Positions 8,997-16,726 of a stretch of 32,000 bases of DNA are shown here, piece by piece. How positions within the stretch are numbered: position 1 is the stretch's first letter; every line of letters begins with the position of its first letter. Origin of the DNA: Candidatus Nanohalobium constans (lineage in GTDB: Archaea; Nanohalarchaeota; Nanosalinia; Nanosalinales; Nanosalinaceae); contig NZ_CP040089.1 of NCBI RefSeq assembly GCF_009617975.1, positions 210,001 to 242,000 of the forward strand, read 5' to 3'. The notes under the pieces are model-generated. The model saw only the letters and a list, made by a program, of their open reading frames with translations. It did no database searches and was not told the DNA's origin. The position numbers were made by a program, and so were the translations under genes.

Positions 8997-9128
8997 TGCG
9001 GCGACCGGGATTTGAACCCGGGTCACCGGCTAACTTCTTCGAAAACCCTCTCAGATTTTCTCGTGCCCCGTTCCTCACGGAACTAAGGGTTTGGAAGGCC
9101 GGGGTCTTAGCCACTGGACCATCGCCGC
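8997..9128 (-). tRNA. intron-containing tRNA, best read as tRNA-Gly(UCC); 60-nt intron at the canonical 37/38 position
   Basis: The reverse complement reads GCGGCGA-UG-GUCC-AGUGGCUA-AGAC-C-CCGGC-CUUCCA|intron|A-GCCGG-UGAC-CCGGG-UUCAAAU-CCCGG-UCGCCGC-A. It has a 7-bp acceptor stem, a T-arm with the UUCAAAU loop, and a perfect 5-bp anticodon stem once 9032-9091 are removed. Discriminator is A73 and no CCA is encoded. Confidence 0.85.
9032..9091 (-). other. tRNA intron (structured)
   Basis: Anticodon-loop nts CUUC pair with GAAG just upstream of a 3-nt bulge (UUA) next to the 3' anticodon-stem strand. Inside the intron there is a 7-bp helix (AAACCCU/AGGGUUU) and a GUUCC-GUGA-GGAAC hairpin with a GNRA loop. 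Confidence 0.7.
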
Positions 9129-9275
9129 GCAACAAAGATTTGTTGCAGCAATCAAGCCGCATTCAACCTGGTGCTTCAGCGACTTTCTGTAAAACTGTTT
9201 TTTGTAGGTTAGTTTCTTAAAATGGTTTTCTTGTTCTTGGCTGGTTTTTTGAATCTTGCATTGCAGTTGTTGTTT

Positions 9276-9680
9276 ATGAGTTCTGAAGATTTGAGTATTG
9301 AGGAAAGTGCCGAGGTTGCTGCTGAGAAACTGATAGACGGTGAAATGAGCGGTGACAGGGTTGAAGTCGACAAACAGAATGAGTTTGACGAGAAACTGGA
9401 GACAGACCTCAACACCGATGGTGTCTGGAGCGAACAGGAAATAGAATACCTGAAGAACAACAGCCAGAACATGAGTAACGACGAATTAAAGGAGTTTTTC
9501 ATGAAGAACTCAGATTTCCAAGAAACCAAATTCGAAAGATTCTCCCGGTCCGAGAAAAAATACGTGATGAAAAACTTCCCGGCCCAAAACCTTGATACAA
9601 TCGCAGACCAGCTAAACCGACCTGTAGAAGAAGTAGAGAAAAAGATTGAGATGCTAGGACTAGGACATGAACTGAAATAA
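9276..9680 (+). CDS. hypothetical acidic protein with two degenerate SANT/Myb-like helix-turn-helix repeats
   Basis: Internal repeat WSEQEIEYLKNNSQNMSNDELKEFF / FSRSEKKYVMKNFPAQNLDTIADQLNRPVEEVEKKIEMLGL. The listed ORF starts at 9222 with a T-rich hydrophobic extension. ATG 9276 (MSSEDLS) is preferred but not certain. Confidence 0.5.
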   Translation: MSSEDLSIEESAEVAAEKLIDGEMSGDRVEVDKQNEFDEKLETDLNTDGVWSEQEIEYLKNNSQNMSNDELKEFFMKNSDFQETKFERFSRSEKKYVMKNFPAQNLDTIADQLNRPVEEVEKKIEMLGLGHELK

Positions 9681-9700
9681 GAGAGAAGTGAACAAAAAAC

Positions 9701-10450
9701 ATGGATAAAGAAGAGATAAGGAAAAAAGCTCTCAAAGATACGAGAGAAGAACTTGAAGAAATTGATAAAATCAAACTATTGATGAAGGCAGTTAAAACAC
9801 TAGACCAGCTGCAGAACAACCAGTACAAGGAAATGGAATCCTTCAGAGACTGGTACAATGTGCATTTCCCGGAGCTGGAGCAAGAAATAGAAGACGACAG
9901 CCATTTACTTAAGATACTTTCCGATACCATCGAGAAAGATAATCTAGACGCATTCAGCGAACTAGCTGAATCCTCAACAGGTATGCACCTAGAAAAGGAG
10001 GACAAACAGATACTTGAACAGTTTGCTACTTCTCTCAACAGCAAACAAGAATTTATCACGGATTTAGAGGACTATGTTGAGAAGATAGCTAAACAGGAAA
10101 TGCAGAACCTTTCAATACTGCTTGGACCGGTACTTGCCGCTAGGATAACACATCTGGCAGGGGGGCTGGAAAACCTGGCGAAGAAACCTGCCTCCACAAT
10201 ACAAATGCTTGGCGCAGAAAAAGCATTGTTCAGATTCCTAAGAGAAGGAGGAAACCCTCCAAAACACGGTGTGCTCTTCAAACACGAATACGTAAGCCCA
10301 CTACACCCAGACAAAAGAGGAAAAATGGCAAGATTCCTTGCAAATAAGGCGGCAATAGCAGCACGACTAGACCAGTACGGAGACAAAAACAAAGGAGAAG
10401 ACCTGAGAGAAGAATGCAGGGAAAAATACGAGGAAGTAGAACAGGAGTAG
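9701..10450 (+). CDS. nop5: C/D box sRNP core protein Nop5 (Nop56/58), N-terminally short form
   Basis: FRDWYNVHFPEL (NOSIC region) and MLGAEKALFRFLREGGNPPKHGVLFKHEYV (Nop domain). At only 249 aa, the WY..HFPEL motif is already at about residue 50. Confidence 0.85.
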   Translation: MDKEEIRKKALKDTREELEEIDKIKLLMKAVKTLDQLQNNQYKEMESFRDWYNVHFPELEQEIEDDSHLLKILSDTIEKDNLDAFSELAESSTGMHLEKEDKQILEQFATSLNSKQEFITDLEDYVEKIAKQEMQNLSILLGPVLAARITHLAGGLENLAKKPASTIQMLGAEKALFRFLREGGNPPKHGVLFKHEYVSPLHPDKRGKMARFLANKAAIAARLDQYGDKNKGEDLREECREKYEEVEQE

Positions 10451-10457
10451 TCTCTGT

Positions 10458-11315
10458 CTAACTCTTAGTATTTTCTACTTCCAGCCATGGTACTTCTATG
10501 AGAGGCGGAATATGAGTCTCGATGTGGTGCCCCCACACACCCTGTTCTCCAAATGCTTCCCCATGATCTGAAGTGATGACCACTTTTCCATCTAAATCCG
10601 TAGCTAGCTCTTGAACGCATTCCAACGCTTTTCTCATGTTTTCCTCATGGAGAATCTTCATCGTTTCTTCGCTATCCCCCAAAAAAGCCTTAACAAAGTT
10701 CATTGGGCTAAGAGACATCATTAAACCGATTTTCATAGCAGTCTCACTTCTCTCCAGTCTCTCAATTAGGCTGCTAAGCCTTTCGCTTACAGAATCAGGG
10801 AGTATCTGCCTAGATTCTGACTCAATCTTTCCAATACTTTGTTTCTTCATATTCTCCATACGACTGCTTCCATATCCTATAAAGGGTTTATGTGGCTGCA
10901 TATAATGTATTACTGTTCTCCGATCAGATATATCCTCTTTTTTATCCTTAAATTCTTTATTTACTGCTTCTGGCGTGACTGTACCCATTTTGCTGTTCCA
11001 AGAGGAATCCCAGATGTCTACTACATTTGCAATGTATCTTGAAGGATTAGTCTCGTATTTCTCGGGAATATAATCAAATTCGTTTAACTTAATGTTTCTT
11101 CCATTGATAAATGGGTTTGTAGAAAACCAGTTAATGTTTTGCCGCCTGTTCAAGTTCTTTTCAACCCATTCTGGCGTCGCTGAAGCATTACTATTCCTCT
11201 TCTCTAGATTACCGCTAAAATAATCTGTGTAGACTTCCTGAAAAACATCATATCTAGCACAGTCCAATATTATTGCATAATCCCAATCTTCTTCCAAGAA
11301 CTGTTGATTTTTCAT
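10458..11315 (-). CDS. alkaline-phosphatase-superfamily protein (sulfatase / phosphodiesterase-like)
   Basis: N-terminal AIILDCARYD (metal-binding Asp), SNASATPEW (candidate nucleophile region), HYMQPHKPF, and C-terminal VITSDHGEAFGEQGVWGHH. These are characteristic of alkaline-phosphatase-fold hydrolases/transferases. Confidence 0.6.
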   Translation of the reverse strand: MKNQQFLEEDWDYAIILDCARYDVFQEVYTDYFSGNLEKRNSNASATPEWVEKNLNRRQNINWFSTNPFINGRNIKLNEFDYIPEKYETNPSRYIANVVDIWDSSWNSKMGTVTPEAVNKEFKDKKEDISDRRTVIHYMQPHKPFIGYGSSRMENMKKQSIGKIESESRQILPDSVSERLSSLIERLERSETAMKIGLMMSLSPMNFVKAFLGDSEETMKILHEENMRKALECVQELATDLDGKVVITSDHGEAFGEQGVWGHHIETHIPPLIEVPWLEVENTKS

Positions 11316-11367
11316 AAATTCTATTTAGTGCATATGTTTTAATTCTTCACTTAAGCTCTTTTTACCT

Positions 11368-12024
11368 ATGCAAGAATCTCAAACCAAGATATACAGAAAA
11401 CAGAACAAAATATACACAAAAAATGCGGACTCAGGCGAAAAAGTATATGGAGAACAACTACTAACTGAAGAAGGAAAACAGTATAGGAACTGGCAGCCAA
11501 GCCGTTCAAAAGCAGGAGCAGCAGTAATGAAAGGAGTTAACCTGGGTATAAGTCACGATGATGAAGTACTTTATCTTGGTGCTGCCTCGGGAACGACCGT
11601 TTCACACTTCTCAGACATAGTTCAGGAAGGATTTATCTATGCAGTCGAATACAGCGACACAGTAATCAAAAAACTTGTTGAACTAGCGGAAAAAAGAGAA
11701 AACATAGCTCCAATACTCGGAGACGCCCGCAAACCAGAAGAATACGAAGAAATGGTTCAAGGAGAAGTAGATGTTGTCTTCCAAGATATCTCCCAAAGCG
11801 ACCAACCTGAAATCTTTCTAAAAAATGCTGAAAAATTCCTGAAACCGAACGGGATAGGACTGATAGCAATTAAAGCACACTCGATCTCAACAAGCAAGGA
11901 AGAAAGCAAAATATTTGAAGAAGTAAAAGAAAAACTAACTCAGAAATTCGAAATCAAGAAGGAAAAAATGCTTGAACCATACGAGAAAAACCACTTATTC
12001 CTGAAAATGCGTTACAAACAGTGA
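11368..12024 (+). CDS. flpA: fibrillarin, rRNA/tRNA 2'-O-methyltransferase
   Basis: YRNWQPSRSKAGAAVMKG, VLYLGAASGTTVSHFSDIV, ILGDARKPEEY and VDVVFQDISQSDQ. Length and motif order are those of archaeal fibrillarin. Confidence 0.93.
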   Translation: MQESQTKIYRKQNKIYTKNADSGEKVYGEQLLTEEGKQYRNWQPSRSKAGAAVMKGVNLGISHDDEVLYLGAASGTTVSHFSDIVQEGFIYAVEYSDTVIKKLVELAEKRENIAPILGDARKPEEYEEMVQGEVDVVFQDISQSDQPEIFLKNAEKFLKPNGIGLIAIKAHSISTSKEESKIFEEVKEKLTQKFEIKKEKMLEPYEKNHLFLKMRYKQ

Positions 12025-12043
12025 TGCAAACTTGAAAACAGTA

Positions 12044-12424
12044 ATGGCGCAAGGAACCTTCGATATAATACATCCTGGTCACCTACACTACCTAAAGAAA
12101 TCTGCAGAACTCGGTGAAAAACTAACTGTAGTTATAGCTCGAGACTCACGGGTGAAAGAGAGAAAAGACCTGGTATTCACTGAGGAAGAGCGTAGAGAAT
12201 TAGTTGATTCGCTGGAAATGGTTGACAAAGCCGTACTAGGAAATAAAGGCGACATCTACTCAACTGTGGAAAAGATCAATCCAGACACAATAACACTTGG
12301 CTACGACCAGAAACACGACGAAGAAGAAGTCAAAAAAATGGCAGAAAACGCAACAAACCACGAAGTCGAAGTAAAAAGGATTTCAGGGTTTCAAAACTAC
12401 TCCTCATCAAACATCAAAAAATAA
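12044..12424 (+). CDS. ribL: FAD synthase RibL (cytidylyltransferase-like nucleotidyltransferase)
   Basis: MAQGTFDIIHPGHLHYL (the HxGH motif) and VVIARDSRVKERK, at about 126 aa like archaeal RibL. The listed ORF starts at TTG 12032. A glycerol-3-phosphate cytidylyltransferase-like activity cannot be excluded. Confidence 0.72.
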   Translation: MAQGTFDIIHPGHLHYLKKSAELGEKLTVVIARDSRVKERKDLVFTEEERRELVDSLEMVDKAVLGNKGDIYSTVEKINPDTITLGYDQKHDEEEVKKMAENATNHEVEVKRISGFQNYSSSNIKK

Positions 12425-12500
12425 ATACTGTAGCATGTTTCCCTCCACCTCTTCTCTCTGCCCCGTGGTTTTTATTCAACTGTCTTCAGAAATAGTACCT

Positions 12501-13553
12501 GTGTTCAACTCCCGTATAGGACAGACCAGCGTAGAATACCTAACCACCTACGGATGGATGATCGCAGCCGTCACAATCGTAGGAGGAACAATGTACACAC
12601 AGGTAGACTACGGAAGCGGCTGCCAACTACAAAGCACAGACTTCAGCCCCCCATTCCCAGTAATAGACAACCTATACCAATATGAAAATAATACAGTGTT
12701 CATGACGGTGCAAAACCCTCAAGACAAAGATGTAAGAATACAAGATGTAAGCATTCTATCCGAAGGAGAAAGAAAAGCATCATTCGAAGTCAACAAAGAA
12801 CTCAACGGACAATCCACCACCTCAGTAACAACAAACCAGTTCAACAACACGGAAGAATGCCAAACACTCCAGACAGAAATCACATACACCACAAACTCAT
12901 TACAGAACCTGACAACCAAAGGAAAGATAACCGGAAAACTCGACCTAGTACCTTTAGCAGCAGTAATGCAAATACAACCAGCCTTCGCAGACCCAAAAGA
13001 ACAAATAACATTTAACGCATCAGAATCAGAAGGCACAAACACCATCAGCAACTATAAATGGGATTTCGGAGACGGAAACACTTCAGAAAAACCAGTAGCA
13101 CAACACAACTACAGCAAAGCCGGTGTTTACACAGTAGAACTAACTGTAGAAGACTCAGAAGGACTAAAAACAACAAAAACAACCCAGGTCTACATCGGAG
13201 GAGTAATCAGAAAAGGAGGGGGCAGCCTAACAAAACTAGGAACATCAAACACAATAGCATCAACATGCATAGGAGACAAATGCAGCAATACGACCCAGCC
13301 AGAAGATGAAGTCGTCACAACAAACGGAGACCATATGACAGGACCATTAGTTACACAAAAAATAATTCTGCTTGACTCAAAAACATGCATAACCTCACAG
13401 AGGTCGTTAGACGCAGATCAAGGCTGCAAAACAGTTAGTAAAGGAGAATCACAGCCTTTATCCGAATCCAGCTACAAACTGGATGGAAGCCTAAAAGTAC
13501 CTCAAATAATCTCTAACAACACTCTATGCATAGGACCCGAAACCAACTGCTGA
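12501..13553 (+). CDS. pilin-like exported protein with class III signal peptide and PKD domain
   Basis: GTG 12501 gives MFNSRIG|QTSVEYLTTYGWMIAAVTIVGG, i.e. the QxSxE class III signal plus a hydrophobic helix. A TATA-like TTTTTATT lies at 12469-12476. PKD repeat YKWDFGDGNTS...YSKAGVYTVELTVEDSEG. Many N-x-S/T sequons. The listed ORF starts at 12435. Confidence 0.7.
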   Translation: MFNSRIGQTSVEYLTTYGWMIAAVTIVGGTMYTQVDYGSGCQLQSTDFSPPFPVIDNLYQYENNTVFMTVQNPQDKDVRIQDVSILSEGERKASFEVNKELNGQSTTSVTTNQFNNTEECQTLQTEITYTTNSLQNLTTKGKITGKLDLVPLAAVMQIQPAFADPKEQITFNASESEGTNTISNYKWDFGDGNTSEKPVAQHNYSKAGVYTVELTVEDSEGLKTTKTTQVYIGGVIRKGGGSLTKLGTSNTIASTCIGDKCSNTTQPEDEVVTTNGDHMTGPLVTQKIILLDSKTCITSQRSLDADQGCKTVSKGESQPLSESSYKLDGSLKVPQIISNNTLCIGPETNC

Positions 13554-13598
13554 CCAAAAAACTCTGCCTTAACTCAAATATCAACAGATTATTAATCC

Positions 13599-14438
13599 AT
13601 GAAAACAACCAAAGTTAATGTGAATCGCAAAATACTTTACATACTCATATCATTAGTACTTCTGACAACACTCTCACAGGCACAATTAGAGTTCAGAACA
13701 GAATCACCAATCGATTCATACTCAAACTTTGACATGAACAACAACGCAATAACCAACCTCTCCAACCCACAGAACCCTCAAGACGCAGTAAACCAAAGAT
13801 TTGCCTACAGAAACTTCATAGATCAAGACGGAGACACACTTCTAGGAGACCTCTACTTGAACGGAAACGACATATACGGCGTTGGAAGGATGGAACTAGA
13901 AAACGGAACCAACATAACAGGCAACCTAGAAATAAACGGAACAACAACACTAGAAGACGACATCAACCTCCAAGGAAACAATATTAACCTCCAAAACGGC
14001 TACCTATCAAACGACGGCGACAACGAAGGAATAAAAATAGATGATAGCGGTAATATTAATGTTCCTAGTGGAAATATAGTACTTAACAAGACAACAAGCC
14101 AGTATATCAGTCTTAGGAATGGTAAGCCTGAAATAAGGTTCACAGATACAAATTCTTTCACAGATTCTAATGATTATGGGATCCTTCGAGGGCAGAATAA
14201 TGACTTAAGGTTGAAGTGGTACGACTCAAACTCGGGAATATCCAATATACTTGTTGCTCACTCAAGCGGGGATGTCGAAATACCTAGTGGCGACCTCGAT
14301 ATGAACAACAACAATATTCACAACTTAAACTCACTGGATGGTGGCGGAGACACGATCAAAACAGATGATGGGATAGATCTTAACGGGAATAAGGTTACTT
14401 CATCGAATGGAGAAGTATGCATGGGGCAGTACTGCTAA
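13599..14438 (+). CDS. secreted protein with tail-fibre-like motifs
   Basis: Sec-type signal (MKTTKVNVNRKILYILISLVLLTTLSQAQ). The motif MNNNAITNLSNPQNPQDAVNQ...GDTLLGDLYLNGNDI has a second copy, MNNNNIHNLNSL. The protein is Asn/Gly/Asp-rich and ends in the C-terminal sequence VCMGQYC. Confidence 0.65.
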   Translation: MKTTKVNVNRKILYILISLVLLTTLSQAQLEFRTESPIDSYSNFDMNNNAITNLSNPQNPQDAVNQRFAYRNFIDQDGDTLLGDLYLNGNDIYGVGRMELENGTNITGNLEINGTTTLEDDINLQGNNINLQNGYLSNDGDNEGIKIDDSGNINVPSGNIVLNKTTSQYISLRNGKPEIRFTDTNSFTDSNDYGILRGQNNDLRLKWYDSNSGISNILVAHSSGDVEIPSGDLDMNNNNIHNLNSLDGGGDTIKTDDGIDLNGNKVTSSNGEVCMGQYC

Positions 14439-14455
14439 GGAGGATTGAAAAATTA

Positions 14456-14881
14456 ATGGATCAAAAAGAACAGATGATTGACGAATTGAAACATAAACAA
14501 AGAGAAAAAAAGTTTCTGAAGATAGCTGCAACTGCATTAGTATTTGCAGTGATAGGTTTCGTAGCATTTCAAAACCTTCCTCTGGGGAACATAGGAAACA
14601 CTCAAACCAATGAAGAGATACAAGCAGACAAGACAATACAGATAGCAAACGGCGTACGACCATACAGAACAACTATAACCTCATCGGGCACAGTCGAGAT
14701 GAAAAATGCTAGAAGCCAAGAAGTCAAGGTAACATTTGAAACCAACGACATCAATCAAGAGCTAACAATACCATCAAACCAGTCAAAAGTATTCAATGCG
14801 TCCAAATACAACAACTTACCTAAAACAAACTACTTCAACGTGGACAACGGCGACACAGGAGAAATAGTAATCCAAAAATAA
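14456..14881 (+). CDS. single-pass membrane-anchored protein with a beta-rich extracytoplasmic domain
   Basis: ATG 14456 is preceded by AAGGAGG at 14436-14442. The N-terminus is basic and charged, followed by the TM helix IAATALVFAVIGFVAF and about 100 aa of alternating beta-like sequence. The listed ORF start 14417 overlaps the upstream gene. Confidence 0.55.
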   Translation: MDQKEQMIDELKHKQREKKFLKIAATALVFAVIGFVAFQNLPLGNIGNTQTNEEIQADKTIQIANGVRPYRTTITSSGTVEMKNARSQEVKVTFETNDINQELTIPSNQSKVFNASKYNNLPKTNYFNVDNGDTGEIVIQK

Positions 14882-14885
14882 AGCT

Positions 14886-15209
14886 TTAGAAAGCAGACCG
14901 ACCAGGAATGTTTCCAAACTCTCTCCGTGCTTCGTCACTCATCATCTCCGGATCCCAGTGCGGATCGAATGTTAGTTCAATATCTATCTCTTCCACTCCA
15001 TCCAACTTGTTCAACTCCTCATTTATGATATCACGGAATATGCCATGGAACGGACATCCCCTCGTAGTCAAAGTCATCAGAATATCAACCTTGTTCCCTT
15101 CAACAGTTACTTCGTATATCAGCCCAAGATCCACTATATTTATATCAAACTCGGGATCCACAACTTCCTCCAACTGCTCCATTATCTGATCCTCAGAAAT
15201 ATCTCCCAT
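14886..15209 (-). CDS. sufT: Fe-S assembly protein of the DUF59 / SufT (MIP18) family
   Basis: EVVDPEFDINIVDLGLIYEV ... LTTRGCPF, the hallmark DUF59 motif with the conserved Cys. 107 aa. Confidence 0.8.
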   Translation of the reverse strand: MGDISEDQIMEQLEEVVDPEFDINIVDLGLIYEVTVEGNKVDILMTLTTRGCPFHGIFRDIINEELNKLDGVEEIDIELTFDPHWDPEMMSDEARREFGNIPGRSAF

Positions 15210-15315
15210 ATAACTACAGTAGTATGGAAAGCTTAAATCCTCACCTCATACCAAGAAAGCCGGAATCTGCATAACCTGACAACCGGTTTAAAGATCACCT
15301 ATCGTTACCACATAT

Positions 15316-16716
15316 ATGACAGAAGAAAAAGTTGAGAAAAACCAGGAAAAGTTCAACCACATAACAGAAGCAGAAATCAGCTACGACTCCGGCAAAGGAC
15401 TGACAGAAGAAACAGTCAGAAATATTTCAGAAGAGAAGGATGAGCCAGACTGGATGCTTAAGAAACGACTTAAGGCATTTCACCACTTCAAGAAAAGACC
15501 GATGCCAGACTGGGGTCCAGACCTATCCGACCTAGACTTCTCAGATATCACACATTACAAGACAGCTGAAGGAGAACAAGCGGACGAATGGGACGAAGTA
15601 CCAGAAGAAATTGAAGAAACATTCGACAAACTAGGAATCCCAGACGCTGAAAGAGAAGCACTCTCCGGTGTAGGCGCCCAGTACGAATCAGAAGTCGTAT
15701 ACCAGAACATGAAAGAGGAATGGGAAGAAAAAGGAGTAATATTCTGCGACATGGACGAAGCAGTCCAAGAACACGAAGAACTTGTCAAAGAATACTTCAT
15801 GAAGAAATGCGTACCCCCACAAGACAACAAGTTCGCCGCATTACACGGTGCAGTATGGAGCGGAGGGTCTTTCGTCTATGTACCGGAAGGCGTAGAGGTT
15901 GAGATACCGGTTCAAGCCTATTTCAGAATGAACTCGAAGGGAATGGGCCAGTTCGAACACACACTAATAATAGCGGAAGAAAACAGTACTATTCACTACA
16001 TAGAGGGATGCTCAGCTCCACAATACACTAGAAACAACCTACACGCTGGTTGCGTAGAAGTATTCGTCAAGGAAAATGCACATGTCCAGTACTCTACGGT
16101 ACAGAACTGGAGCAAGAATACATACAACTTGAACACGAAGAGAGCTAAGGTAGAGTCTGAAGGCGTCATGGAGTGGGTCTCAGGGTCAATGGGAAGTAAA
16201 GTGACGATGCTGTATCCATCAAGTCACTTAAACGGCGAAGGAGCCAGAGCCAACCACATAACAATCGGATACGCAGGAGATGGACAAAACATTGATACAG
16301 GAGCAAAAGTCGTCCACAACGCACCTAACACCAAATCCACGATAGAATCCAAGTCCATTACACAGGGCGACGGTCGAACAAATTACAGAGGCTTAGTCAG
16401 GGTTCCAGAAGGCTCGCACGGCAGTAAAGTATCGATCGAATGCGATGCTCTCATGTTCTCAGATGAAGCGACCAGCGACACAGAGCCATACATCGAAGTT
16501 AAGGAAGATGATGTTGAGATGGCTCACGAAGCTACTGTCGGCAGGATTGGCGATGAGGAAATTCATTACATGCAGAGCCGTGGAATCGACGAAGAAGAAG
16601 CTAAAGAGATGATTGTAAGAGGTTTTATCGAACCTATCGCAAAAGAACTTCCTCTTGAGTACGCTGTGGAGTTAAACAGGCTGATACAGCTTGAGATGGA
16701 GGGAAGTCTCGGATGA
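15316..16716 (+). CDS. sufB: Fe-S cluster assembly scaffold SufB
   Basis: 466 aa with FEHTLIIAEENSTIHYIEGCSAP, YSTVQNWSKNTYNLNTKRA and EATVGRIGDEEIHYMQSRGIDEEEAKEMIVRGF, the typical SufB signature. Confidence 0.95.
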   Translation: MTEEKVEKNQEKFNHITEAEISYDSGKGLTEETVRNISEEKDEPDWMLKKRLKAFHHFKKRPMPDWGPDLSDLDFSDITHYKTAEGEQADEWDEVPEEIEETFDKLGIPDAEREALSGVGAQYESEVVYQNMKEEWEEKGVIFCDMDEAVQEHEELVKEYFMKKCVPPQDNKFAALHGAVWSGGSFVYVPEGVEVEIPVQAYFRMNSKGMGQFEHTLIIAEENSTIHYIEGCSAPQYTRNNLHAGCVEVFVKENAHVQYSTVQNWSKNTYNLNTKRAKVESEGVMEWVSGSMGSKVTMLYPSSHLNGEGARANHITIGYAGDGQNIDTGAKVVHNAPNTKSTIESKSITQGDGRTNYRGLVRVPEGSHGSKVSIECDALMFSDEATSDTEPYIEVKEDDVEMAHEATVGRIGDEEIHYMQSRGIDEEEAKEMIVRGFIEPIAKELPLEYAVELNRLIQLEMEGSLG

Positions 16717-16726
16717 GGTGGTCTAA

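Noticed and set aside
9032-9091. Box C/D guide RNA inside the tRNA intron (GUGAGGA as box C, CUGA as box D'), as in haloarchaeal tRNA-Trp introns
   Set aside because: The GUGA is better explained as the GNRA loop of a perfect 5-bp hairpin (GUUCC/GGAAC). There is no second C'/D pair, and the would-be guide (GGGGCACGAGAAAAU) has no complement in the tRNA exons.
8997-9128. Alternative reading of the tRNA as tRNA-Trp (anticodon CCA, one-nucleotide register shift)
   Set aside because: It would require only one nucleotide between the acceptor and D stems, a C.A mismatch closing the anticodon stem, and a 3/4 central helix. The Gly(UCC) register gives 5/5 and 4/4 pairing and a Gly-like D arm and 4-nt variable loop. 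It should still be verified with tRNAscan-SE.
8996-9220. 74-aa plus-strand ORF (MRRPGFEPGSPANFF...)
   Set aside because: It is the antisense read-through of the tRNA gene and its leader. Its composition is unlike the acidic proteome, and the tRNA fold explains the sequence.
9499-10059. Long antisense ORFs rich in Ser/Leu/Phe. Examples are 9499..10059(-), 28224..28778(+), 30969..31439(+), 31022..31417(+), 17186..17665(-), 25481..25927(-), 2014..2710(+) and 9209..9529(-).
   Set aside because: These are shadow ORFs. GAA/GAG/GAT-rich acidic coding strands lack stop codons on the opposite strand. The ORFs have low-complexity, non-acidic composition, and each overlaps a gene with clear homology.
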